A DNA stretch of 64,000 nucleotides from a virus (taxonomy: Duplodnaviria; Caudoviricetes). Under the pieces are notes generated by a model. The model saw nothing but the letters and a program-made list of their open reading frames with translations. It was not told the origin of the DNA and did not search any database. This document shows, one piece after another, positions 48,576 to 56,860 of the stretch (position 1 is its first letter; the number at the start of each line of letters is the position of its first letter). Where the stretch lies: IMG/VR virus record IMGVR_UViG_2690315807_000003, positions 3,696 to 67,695 of that record; one strand, given 5' to 3'. Both the position numbers and the translations under genes were made by a program.

Positions 48576-48951
48576 GCTTATCCGCTCCTTCCTTAACCAA
48601 CAGTTCAGGATTTTCATAGACATTTCCGATCACTTCTCCGTCTGCTATATATCCCAAATGCAAACCCATTAAAGGTTCTTTGTCTCTGAATAACTGAAAC
48701 ATGCCTCCGTATAACCTCACTACCAGATTTTCAGGCAACGGGCTGCTACTCTCAAAAGTTAACTTATTCACTTTAACGATGTCGCCATCGTAGTAATCCT
48801 TACCTTTGCTGTCTTTAACCCCGGATCTAAGCATCAACACTACATACGGAGATAGGACGCACACTTTTAACCAGCTCCGGTCCAAGAAGTCATATGACAT
48901 CTCTTTGGTTTCGATATCCCATGCTCTCGCTCCAAACTCATACAGGCTCAT
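48568..48951 (-). CDS. YopX-family protein
   Basis: RAWD, GVKDSKGKDYYDGDIV, EVIGNVYENPELL. Confidence 0.85.
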   Translation of the reverse strand: MSLYEFGARAWDIETKEMSYDFLDRSWLKVCVLSPYVVLMLRSGVKDSKGKDYYDGDIVKVNKLTFESSSPLPENLVVRLYGGMFQLFRDKEPLMGLHLGYIADGEVIGNVYENPELLVKEGADKHE

Positions 48952-49406
48952 TGTTCCACTCCTTCCTTGGGAGCCAAGCCATCATCGTGGATGATTCCAA
49001 CTACCATTACGCCTTCAGCCCAGCAATACGATCTGTCAAACTCAATCAGCTCTGATACCCAAAGGTATCCGTCTGGTAGCGAATCACCCACAAACATAAA
49101 TCCGCTTCCCTCATGTTTCACTTCACATGTGTGTCCTTCGCCCTCATACTCAAACTGCACTACATCGCCTTCATATACTTTCACCTGATCATCTGAATCA
49201 TCATGGTAGCCAGCATATTGTCCGATTGTTTGAATAGAAATCTCATGCATAACCACCAATTGTCCTAAGTGTCCGTTTACGGTTATACCGTTACAATGTG
49301 GGTTAATGTAGAACTTGCCTCGACTGCGAATTAGATCACCATATACGAATTTGTGCTGCATCTCACCTGGAGCAATCTGTTTTCCTCTGAATTCGATTTC
49401 TAGCAT
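48948..49406 (-). CDS. YopX-family protein
   Basis: IEFRGK, VYGDL, TIGQYAG, VYEGDVV, VVGIIHD. Confidence 0.85.
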   Translation of the reverse strand: MLEIEFRGKQIAPGEMQHKFVYGDLIRSRGKFYINPHCNGITVNGHLGQLVVMHEISIQTIGQYAGYHDDSDDQVKVYEGDVVQFEYEGEGHTCEVKHEGSGFMFVGDSLPDGYLWVSELIEFDRSYCWAEGVMVVGIIHDDGLAPKEGVEQ

Positions 49407-49457
49407 CTTGTATACCCTCCTTAGTAGGGAGAGGCCCACAGGCCCCTTGCCTTAAGA

Positions 49458-49883
49458 TTAGTTTGCAAAGTTCCACAATCCTTGCTGGCCTTTAGCTGCT
49501 AGAGGCTTCATAAGCATCTTTACATCCGACATTTCCCATGCATATCGCCCAGGTTCAAAGTCTCCGAATTCATATTCTGGAGAGTAAACCAATCTGTTTC
49601 CTTCCAACTCATAACCATCTGTCCATGTATCCACCGATTTAAGGCAGTTGGTCAGTTTAGCAATCGCTACAACCGCACCCGTTGGCAGGTTATCTACTGT
49701 GTATCCATGCTGTTCTAGTGCTGCGCGAATCTCAGGATACTTGCAGGCATCCTTGTCGATCTTCTTCCCGGCATGGATGGCAATCTCGCCCCGATGCTTA
49801 GTAGGCCAGCTGCGTGTTTCATATTGTTTTGCTCCAATGGCGATCAGTGTCGCCCACCGCTGAATAATTGTTATAGCCTTCAT
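49458..49883 (-). CDS. ASCH-domain protein
   Basis: MKAITIIQRWATLIAIGAKQYETRSW..IAIHAG..KGQQGLW. Confidence 0.9.
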   Translation of the reverse strand: MKAITIIQRWATLIAIGAKQYETRSWPTKHRGEIAIHAGKKIDKDACKYPEIRAALEQHGYTVDNLPTGAVVAIAKLTNCLKSVDTWTDGYELEGNRLVYSPEYEFGDFEPGRYAWEMSDVKMLMKPLAAKGQQGLWNFAN

Positions 49884-49899
49884 GATTGTTCTTCCTCCC

Positions 49900-50220
49900 C
49901 TAATCCATTTGTCTATAAGCAGAGACGTCATATCCGTTCATGAATAGTTCTTTAGCGAAAACCGTGACTGCCTTGTCTCTGACACTCGCCTGCCCTGAGC
50001 TAACCGTAATCATGTATCCGTCACCTATCCAACGCCGCTTACCCCTGCAATACAATCCCGCTGCCTTTATTGCTTCCAGGACCTTGGTTTCCCGCGCCCT
50101 CGGCAACCGGATAAACACTTTATCCAGATTCGCTGTTCCACCATCCTGCATGCCTTCTGTCGCCGCTTGTGATGCCTTGTGCGCTGCTTTCAGATCTTCC
50201 GTGAATTTGTTATAGTCCAT
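49900..50220 (-). CDS. Hypothetical protein
   Basis: RBS gggagg; DGGTANLD motif. Confidence 0.75.
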   Translation of the reverse strand: MDYNKFTEDLKAAHKASQAATEGMQDGGTANLDKVFIRLPRARETKVLEAIKAAGLYCRGKRRWIGDGYMITVSSGQASVRDKAVTVFAKELFMNGYDVSAYRQMD

Positions 50221-50257
50221 CTGTATATCCCTCCCTGGGAAAGAGGCCCTAAAGCCT

Positions 50258-50464
50258 CTATTTCCGAATTACGATACTGTCCGAATCAACATTGTCACTG
50301 ATTCCGTCATAAATCGTGCTCTCAGCACTTACGCTGCCATCAGGCCATAACTTACCTTGACAAATATCTCCCTTGCGGAACACTTTTACGAACCGCCCCC
50401 AGTCGTCCCAATAGACATCCTTAATTACTTCAAACTCACAAGGTACTGATTTCCACTCGGACAT
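50258..50464 (-). CDS. Hypothetical protein
   Basis: RBS aaggag. Confidence 0.7.
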   Translation of the reverse strand: MSEWKSVPCEFEVIKDVYWDDWGRFVKVFRKGDICQGKLWPDGSVSAESTIYDGISDNVDSDSIVIRK

Positions 50465-50506
50465 GCGTGTTATCCTCTCCTTTGGTGGGCCTAGCCCAGA
50501 TATGTT

Positions 50507-50911
50507 TTAAACCTCTACCTTTTTCAGATACTCCGTAGCAAAGCCACCGTTAAACCCTTCTAAATTCACCACTTCCGATCCGCACAGGTCCCATGGATTC
50601 GAAGTAACCGTCCATACCTTATCCTTGTACTTCTCTTTCCGGGCTTCATAGCAGGTGTGCATTACTACTCGATCCCCTTTTTCCAACGGTTCTTGAGGAT
50701 TCAGTTCTTCCACAGCCCATTTTGCGAAATCGCCTGAGTAGCATGATTTCTCCTTGCCTTCCTTGCCGTTCCGATCAACCGGTGTATAGAACACATCTCC
50801 AACCCAACCGTATCCATTAGCGCCACAAATTCTGAACTGGTTAACCCGTCTCATAAGTCCGCTTCTGCCGATGAATGTTTTACCTGGTTTGATCGCTGAT
50901 GATCTAATCAT
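50507..50911 (-). CDS. Hypothetical protein
   Basis: RBS aaaggag. Confidence 0.7.
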   Translation of the reverse strand: MIRSSAIKPGKTFIGRSGLMRRVNQFRICGANGYGWVGDVFYTPVDRNGKEGKEKSCYSGDFAKWAVEELNPQEPLEKGDRVVMHTCYEARKEKYKDKVWTVTSNPWDLCGSEVVNLEGFNGGFATEYLKKVEV

Positions 50912-50961
50912 GTTTATCCGCTCCTTTGTGTGGTGGGAAGGGAGGGTATTCCCTTCCTCTG

Positions 50962-52311
50962 TTATAGCCGATCGTATATTGCTTTTATGGCTACCATGAT
51001 TGGGTATATTTGTAGTGGGTTAACGGCATTGCCCAGCGCCTTGAGTCGGCCCGTTCTGTCCTTAATGCCGGATGCTACCCGCGACGGCTCCCAATCGTAC
51101 TGAGGCATCCCCATGAGTGCCGGTTGAGGGTATTCATGTATAAGATCGATTAAATCATCCAACGAATTTATTCCACGTCCGTCCAACCCATTGGAAAATT
51201 CATGAGTGTTTCCACCCACTCCGGGTTGAGCTGCCCTGTATGTCCCTCTCTCATCAATGCACCTGGTACCGAATCCCGTTCTTTCTGCGATTCTGGTAGG
51301 GTTGAATTTTTGCTGTCTTGAGCTGCTGGAGTCGGCCACATGCGAACTGCTCCCGGAAGTCCGTTCCTTGGGTCCTCCGCATTGATCTCCCCGCGTTTCT
51401 CCGCATCGTTTGCACGCGGCGTGGGCCACATCTTCACTGCTGCATGCAGATCCGGTGTTCTGCGTTCTCTCTCCGATGGACAATCGCCCCTCAGTGTTGA
51501 TTTGGGAGTGGGCCAAAGTTTCACTTGGTCGTTTAGATTCCTCGTCCATCCTTGTTCCTGTTTCCGTTGCGCTCTCGGTCCAGTCGGATCGTCTCCGCTC
51601 CTGAAATCCCGCGCTTGTGGAGTCGCCCAGTAATCCTTCGTCGTATTGTAAATGTCTGTTCTTAGGCTCTTGCTCTGACCTCCGCCGTGATTCCCAACCG
51701 AATCCGCCGCGCTCGGTGTTGCCCACAATGATCGTCCGGTCTCTTTTGTGCGAGGACCCGACAGATGCAGACGGAAACACATAAACTTGGACTTCGTAAC
51801 CGATGTCTTTAAGGTCCTGACAGATACGTCCGATAAGCATAATCTCTTGTTGTGTATATATCGTCTCGTAAAAGTCTTCGTCCGCTTCTCTGGCAGCAAT
51901 TCTGCTTTCCACTGTAGTTCCCCCAGTTGGCTCTGCCATACTGAGGAGTCCAGCAACATTTTCGCCAACAAACCAAGTGGGCCGGACATCTGCAACGACT
52001 CGCACAACCTCCGGCCAGAGATAACGCTCATCGTCAGTGCCCCCCCGTTGTCCGGCGTGGCTGAATGGCTGACAGGGGAATCCAGCGGAAATAATGTCAA
52101 TTGTTCTACCGTCTCCAATGATTCCATCCTCCTTTAATCGCTCTGCAGTAAGTGTGCATACATCGTCGTATATGGGTACTCCGGGAAAGTTTTTTTGAAG
52201 AACCTTCTGCGGAAACGGCTCCCGTTCGCAAAATGCTACCGTCTCCATGCCTGCCCAATGAGCTGCCAAGTCGATTCCGCCGATACCGCTAAACAAACTC
52301 AGCTTTCTCAT
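50962..52311 (-). CDS. DNA (cytosine-5) methyltransferase, outer (alpha-like) frame
   Basis: Motif I FSGIGG, IV GFPCQPFS, VI ENV, VIII HKRDR, X LKALGNAV; no recognisable motif IX. Confidence 0.9.
   Translation of the reverse strand: MRKLSLFSGIGGIDLAAHWAGMETVAFCEREPFPQKVLQKNFPGVPIYDDVCTLTAERLKEDGIIGDGRTIDIISAGFPCQPFSHAGQRGGTDDERYLWPEVVRVVADVRPTWFVGENVAGLLSMAEPTGGTTVESRIAAREADEDFYETIYTQQEIMLIGRICQDLKDIGYEVQVYVFPSASVGSSHKRDRTIIVGNTERGGFGWESRRRSEQEPKNRHLQYDEGLLGDSTSAGFQERRRSDWTESATETGTRMDEESKRPSETLAHSQINTEGRLSIGERTQNTGSACSSEDVAHAACKRCGETRGDQCGGPKERTSGSSSHVADSSSSRQQKFNPTRIAERTGFGTRCIDERGTYRAAQPGVGGNTHEFSNGLDGRGINSLDDLIDLIHEYPQPALMGMPQYDWEPSRVASGIKDRTGRLKALGNAVNPLQIYPIMVAIKAIYDRL
51168..52118 (-). 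CDS. Nested out-of-frame gene, candidate methyltransferase beta subunit with WxTP repeats
   Basis: AAAGGAGG at 52128-52135, 9 nt before in-frame TTG; five WxTP repeats; C-terminal LNPEWVETLMNFPMGWT. Confidence 0.75.
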   Translation of the reverse strand: METVEQLTLFPLDSPVSHSATPDNGGALTMSVISGRRLCESLQMSGPLGLLAKMLLDSSVWQSQLGELQWKAELLPEKRTKTFTRRYIHNKRLCLSDVSVRTLKTSVTKSKFMCFRLHLSGPRTKETGRSLWATPSAADSVGNHGGGQSKSLRTDIYNTTKDYWATPQARDFRSGDDPTGPRAQRKQEQGWTRNLNDQVKLWPTPKSTLRGDCPSERERRTPDLHAAVKMWPTPRANDAEKRGEINAEDPRNGLPGAVRMWPTPAAQDSKNSTLPESQKERDSVPGALMREGHTGQLNPEWVETLMNFPMGWTDVE

Positions 52312-52399
52312 GTGTCTTGTCTCCCTTCCTCTGTTATCCAGAGAAACACAACTCCAAATAATGTTATAATTTTTCGTTGTTATACGAATTACTTGCATA

Positions 52400-53077
52400 T
52401 TAATCATCGAAATGTCCGTATCCAAACGGGACTTGATGATTCTCTTCAACTCTTACAATATCGTTAATTAAAGCCTCGAAAATTGCGATTTGTTTATCAT
52501 CCATCATTTCAATAAGCCTGACCTCTTTTGCTTTCAATGAACGTCCTGCCGCAGAAGAAATTAGTTCTTTAACCGGGTTCAAAGATTGCTGACGGTTCTG
52601 TTTCTCCTGATCCGCTTTCTGCTGCACCTCTTGCTTCCGGTTATATTCATCCCAATCCTGTTCGTCGAACCAGAAGCGGTCTCCATATTTATCACGGAAG
52701 GCGGAAATCCAAAATTGGAGTAATTCTTCATTGGTTTGAATCCGATCATGACAGGGCCAACAAAGCCGAAGACCGTTTGTCTTAACTCCGCGTCCCTTCC
52801 TGCCTCGCGGATAGACATGGTGAGTAGTCGTCCCTTCCGCGATTTTGCAGCATTCACAAATTCCGTTTGATTCTTCAATAAGTTTAGCTATGACTTCTTT
52901 TGGAAAATCGCCGCGCTCTTTCGAGCCTGGTCTGGATTGGTGATGGGATAAAATGTCCTTCTTCCATTCCGGTACAGGCTTTTTGTCTTTTTTTCTCCGC
53001 CCGAAGCTGCTCATTTTCTTTTCTTTTACTTTTTTCTCCGGTTTCCAGAATGTTTGATGGGCCATTTCCTCATCCAC
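52400..53077 (-). CDS. HNH endonuclease-domain protein
   Basis: CECC..HHVYPR..N..LCWPCH. Confidence 0.85.
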   Translation of the reverse strand: MDEEMAHQTFWKPEKKVKEKKMSSFGRRKKDKKPVPEWKKDILSHHQSRPGSKERGDFPKEVIAKLIEESNGICECCKIAEGTTTHHVYPRGRKGRGVKTNGLRLCWPCHDRIQTNEELLQFWISAFRDKYGDRFWFDEQDWDEYNRKQEVQQKADQEKQNRQQSLNPVKELISSAAGRSLKAKEVRLIEMMDDKQIAIFEALINDIVRVEENHQVPFGYGHFDD

Positions 53078-53126
53078 CTTTCCAACGTTTTTCCTGTCCT
53101 TATGCTTATATTTTGAACCTAATTCA

Positions 53127-53357
53127 CTACATACCCACTACGGATTTTATAGGTTCCAACAATCCAGCACGCTCTAAAACAGCGTAATGAACCTGTCTTT
53201 CCTGAGCAGTAGCTTTTACTCCGTTTACTGTGTATCCAACATAAAAAGCAATAGCTTGTTGCACTTCTGTAGGCTGTTCATCAAAATTATTCAAATCTAC
53301 AGTACTCACATCCAAACCTCCTTTACAAAGTCGAAAGTTGACTCTGTTTTTCTTCAA
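53127..53357 (-). CDS. Hypothetical protein (true start probably GTG near 53309)
   Basis: RBS aaaggagg inside listed ORF. Confidence 0.6.
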   Translation of the reverse strand: MKKNRVNFRLCKGGLDVSTVDLNNFDEQPTEVQQAIAFYVGYTVNGVKATAQERQVHYAVLERAGLLEPIKSVVGM

Positions 53358-53541
53358 ACTTTGATTTTATATCCAGAGGCAAGTCACTAATCACCGCATC
53401 CCAAATGTTTATCAACTCTTTGTTAGGAGAACTTAACTGTTTAACCTGCGTATACCTTTCAGATAAAGCTGCGGAGAATTCATCTTTCTCGGCTTCAGTC
53501 ACAGAGCACACCTCCCAATTGACTATTAAGTTCCAGTACAA
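53323..53541 (-). CDS. Hypothetical protein (true start probably near 53500)
   Basis: RBS gggaggtg before VTEAEK. Confidence 0.55.
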   Translation of the reverse strand: MYWNLIVNWEVCSVTEAEKDEFSAALSERYTQVKQLSSPNKELINIWDAVISDLPLDIKSKFEEKQSQLSTL

Positions 53542-53668
53542 TGTAGATCATTCCAGTAAATTGTTTCTTAATATGAGGTAAGGAAATGTTTCCTTGGACT
53601 ATGTTCGATCGACCTTTAGGTTATATAAGTTATATAACTTATAATCCCTGTAAAAGGAGGGGTACGTC

Positions 53669-53851
53669 TTGGCTGTAGATAAGGATAAAAATACTCAAGT
53701 ACTGGTGACGTTTCCTAACGAAATGCTGGATGAAATTAAGGAGTTCTGGCACAACGAGAAGTTGTCTAACCGTAATGTGGCAATTAGAACACTTATAACT
53801 AAAGGTCTTGAAAAACATAAGCAAGAAGTGAGGGAGCAAGAGGATAAGTAA
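53669..53851 (+). CDS. Ribbon-helix-helix (CopG-like) regulator
   Basis: QVLVTFPNEMLDEI..SNRNVAIRTLI; RBS aaaggagg; terminator hairpin at stop. Confidence 0.8.
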   Translation: MAVDKDKNTQVLVTFPNEMLDEIKEFWHNEKLSNRNVAIRTLITKGLEKHKQEVREQEDK

Positions 53852-53893
53852 ACCTCTTGCTCCTTTTACTTTTGATTTAGAGAGTATCATATT

Positions 53894-54169
53894 CTAGGGA
53901 AGCTCCATCGTATCTCCCTCAAACCTAAACTCCGTTTGATTGGGATCGTGTGTCGGACCCCAATGACCATTATCCTTGAGAATTTGAACAACATCAGTTG
54001 CATAGACCTCATCAGTGTTTACGATCAGATACGTGTTCACCGCCTGTTTCCCTTCCGAAGCTCGTCCTACCCGGACCTTATTGAGAAGCCGCAGCATCTG
54101 CACTCTCTCCAGTTCATTAAGATGTTTTTCAACGTCCTCGTTTTTGATTACGGTATGTTTGATTTTCAT
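53894..54169 (-). CDS. Hypothetical protein
   Basis: Start MKIKHT with RBS aaggga. Confidence 0.65.
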   Translation of the reverse strand: MKIKHTVIKNEDVEKHLNELERVQMLRLLNKVRVGRASEGKQAVNTYLIVNTDEVYATDVVQILKDNGHWGPTHDPNQTEFRFEGDTMELP

Positions 54170-54641
54170 TTTGCTTTCTCCCTTCATCAGCTCGTTTTTT
54201 AAGTGCATTCGCCGCTCGTTTACGCGCTGATTTTTCCTTCTTATACTGGGCAAGCGGTCTAAATTCCCCGCGTTTTTTAACGAGTATATCTATTGGTAAA
54301 GTCGGATATTTAGCTTGGAATAGTTTCAGTTTGACTCGGAACGTGGAGGTCTCCATTCCTTTAATATCCACCACCCGTTGACTGTCATCTAATCCTGTTA
54401 CCAGGAAGTCAGCGATATAAGTGATCTTCGGTTTCTCTTGAAGAACAAATTTAGGATGGCATTCAAAATCCTTGATATCTCCGTATTTCTTCTGTTGGAG
54501 GAGCAGTTGGTAATACTCTCCCTCAGCCATGCTATCGAATCGTATTCCAGTTATAACAAGGTTGTGCTTTTTAACGATCCATTCCGAGAACAATGTCCCG
54601 TCTTCTGTGACAATCACTTTGGTTGCATTATATTTGTTCAT
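54129..54641 (-). CDS. DUF1064-like nuclease-fold protein
   Basis: NKYNATK, FDSMAEGEYY, YIADF, VVDIKG. Confidence 0.85.
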   Translation of the reverse strand: MNKYNATKVIVTEDGTLFSEWIVKKHNLVITGIRFDSMAEGEYYQLLLQQKKYGDIKDFECHPKFVLQEKPKITYIADFLVTGLDDSQRVVDIKGMETSTFRVKLKLFQAKYPTLPIDILVKKRGEFRPLAQYKKEKSARKRAANALKKRADEGRKQNENQTYRNQKRGR

Positions 54642-55771
54642 TACACTTCTTCCGTCCTATAAGGAAGTACAATGTGGAGTGATCTCTCGTCACTTTCATC
54701 CAGGATATAAATTGGCTTCAACTTACCAGGGAAAACCAGTGTCACCTTATCTCCTTCTAATGCTTTGATAGCATCTATGAAGTACTTGGAATTCAGTGCA
54801 ACGGCAAAATTTTCGCCTTTAAACAAAACTGGAACTATACTCTCATTCGCCTTTCCAGATTCTCTTCCTTTGCCGCGAATGCTCACTTCATTCTCTGTGA
54901 TGCTGATGACGACCTGGTTATGTTTTTCTTCCTTGGCAAGTGTGTATACGAGGTCAAGACAACTCAATATCTCTCCTTTATCTACGATCACCTCGGTAAC
55001 ACCATCTGGCACAATCGACATCCGGCTCACATCCGGGAACGCCCCCTCCAATACCCGGGAGTAAAAGGTGAAACGGTCTGTTCTCGCAAATACGTACACC
55101 ACTTCTCCGGTGAAGGATTTCGAAAATCCAAATTCAAGATTGTCTTTATCCAAGATAATCTTTTGCAACTCACCCAATGCCTTAGCCTCAATGACAGCTC
55201 CACCCAAGTTGCCTACTTCTGTGCGCTGCTCCGTTTTTGCAAGTCTATGCCGGTCTGTCGCTTCAATGCCAAATACTCCGTTATTAATGTAAACATGTGC
55301 TCCAGCTAGGATTGCCGCATTCTTGCCGGTTGGATCAGCAGCATAGGTCGCTTTTCTGAAAAGCCGTTTAAGTTCTTTGCCAGTAGTTTCAAACAACTCG
55401 CTATCATCAATGTCAGGTACTCTCGGAAACTCTTCTGTATCGAAGACACCCATATCTATTTCTTTCTTCCGAGAAATGATAATCACGTTGTTTCCCTGCT
55501 TCTCAATGCTCACATCGCCATTCAATTTCTTGATCACTTCCAGTGATAGCTTAGGGAGTGCAATCTGACCAGGCGAATCAACTTGAACATGTTCACTGAA
55601 AATGTAAGACTGTATCGTTGTTCTTGTATCCGTTCCGGTTACCTTGATCCCATCCGCTCCAGCTTCGATCAAGAAGCAGTCCAGGATTGGCATAATGTTC
55701 TTGCTTGCAATGGCCTTACTTGCATCTTCCAAGGCTTCTGCAAGTAGCTCGCTATCAACGAATATTTTCAT
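54641..55771 (-). CDS. dnaN: DNA polymerase III beta sliding clamp homolog
   Basis: 376 aa; MPIL, ATDRHRLA, SRVLEGAFPD, NSKYFIDAIKAL, IVLPYR. Confidence 0.92.
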   Translation of the reverse strand: MKIFVDSELLAEALEDASKAIASKNIMPILDCFLIEAGADGIKVTGTDTRTTIQSYIFSEHVQVDSPGQIALPKLSLEVIKKLNGDVSIEKQGNNVIIISRKKEIDMGVFDTEEFPRVPDIDDSELFETTGKELKRLFRKATYAADPTGKNAAILAGAHVYINNGVFGIEATDRHRLAKTEQRTEVGNLGGAVIEAKALGELQKIILDKDNLEFGFSKSFTGEVVYVFARTDRFTFYSRVLEGAFPDVSRMSIVPDGVTEVIVDKGEILSCLDLVYTLAKEEKHNQVVISITENEVSIRGKGRESGKANESIVPVLFKGENFAVALNSKYFIDAIKALEGDKVTLVFPGKLKPIYILDESDERSLHIVLPYRTEEV

Positions 55772-55895
55772 AAGGACGATTCCCCTCCTGAGGTTTTTTC
55801 TTTGCGTTGGGATTGCACTCCGGGCAAGGTCCGAGCATCATCATTGCACCAATAAACTGATATTTCACTGTTGCTCCACCACAAGTTTTATACAT
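55755..55895 (-). CDS. 46 aa Cys-containing small protein (not in ORF track)
   Basis: MYKTCGG..GPCPECNP; RBS gagggg; fills gap between dnaI and dnaN. Confidence 0.5.
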   Translation of the reverse strand: MYKTCGGATVKYQFIGAMMMLGPCPECNPNAKKKPQEGNRPYENIR

Positions 55896-55899
55896 TCGA

Positions 55900-56856
55900 T
55901 TATCCCCTCCGTCTATTTCTTCCACCTACCGATATTGTTTTTGAAAAAGGTTCGATCCGTTCAATGATCCGCTCTGCCTTCTTCTCATGCTGCTTTCTGT
56001 CCATCTCTTTGGCATCTTTCACATTAGCAAAGTGATGTCTCAGTTCATTAACTGTCAAATTGGAAGTATATATTGTCGGTAGTCGCTCCATGCGCCGCTG
56101 GAGTATTGGCCCAATCACTTCATCCCTTGTCCAAATGGTTAAGGTCTCAGCTCCAATATCATCGAGTATTAGTACAGATGCTGTCCTTAGAGAATCAAGT
56201 TTGCTCTCAACTGTTTCTGTCTTGGAACCAATAGCATCCTTGACTTCGAGTAGAAAATCCGGGACATAAACCATGAGCACATCTATGTCACATTTGGCTA
56301 GTTCTTGAGCAATCGCTCCGGCGATCCGGCTTTTACCTACACCCATAGGACCGTAAAGATACAACCCTTTTGTCGTTTGCCCTGGAACGAATGTGCTACA
56401 GAATTTAACCGCCGCCGTAATGGCGGGTAAGCGTTGCGGATCAGGTTCGATGTCATCAAAGGTCGCGTCCAAAATGTGAGCGGGTATAAAATGGCTTTTG
56501 ATTCTCTGACCAATCCCCTGTTGTCTCTCGTAGGCCTTTAACAAATTGCATTTCCTTAGCCTGAACACCAACTCGTCCGATTTGTTAGGATTAGGTTCTT
56601 CCATGCTCCTGTGGCCCTTCTGGACGTTCTGACAGCCCATTAGACCAGGGCACGTGGCGCACGCATCACATTGAGACAAATGTTCAGATACATCCCTGTA
56701 TCTTTTAGGGCTTGTTAGGTCTCCTGAACGAGCTGGATATTCTTGTCTAAGCCTCTGTATCTCCGGGTGTTTATCAATCCGTTCAATGGCAGAGGCTCGG
56801 CGTTCCAAAAACCGATCTGGCATCAACGCTTTTAGCTCTTCTTGAAAGCTGCCCAC
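55900..56856 (-). CDS. dnaI: DnaI-like helicase loader
   Basis: Cys-rich N-terminus, Walker A GPMGVGKS, LILDDIGAE, WTRDEV, TSNL. Confidence 0.88.
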   Translation of the reverse strand: MGSFQEELKALMPDRFLERRASAIERIDKHPEIQRLRQEYPARSGDLTSPKRYRDVSEHLSQCDACATCPGLMGCQNVQKGHRSMEEPNPNKSDELVFRLRKCNLLKAYERQQGIGQRIKSHFIPAHILDATFDDIEPDPQRLPAITAAVKFCSTFVPGQTTKGLYLYGPMGVGKSRIAGAIAQELAKCDIDVLMVYVPDFLLEVKDAIGSKTETVESKLDSLRTASVLILDDIGAETLTIWTRDEVIGPILQRRMERLPTIYTSNLTVNELRHHFANVKDAKEMDRKQHEKKAERIIERIEPFSKTISVGGRNRRRG

Positions 56857-56860
56857 TGCT

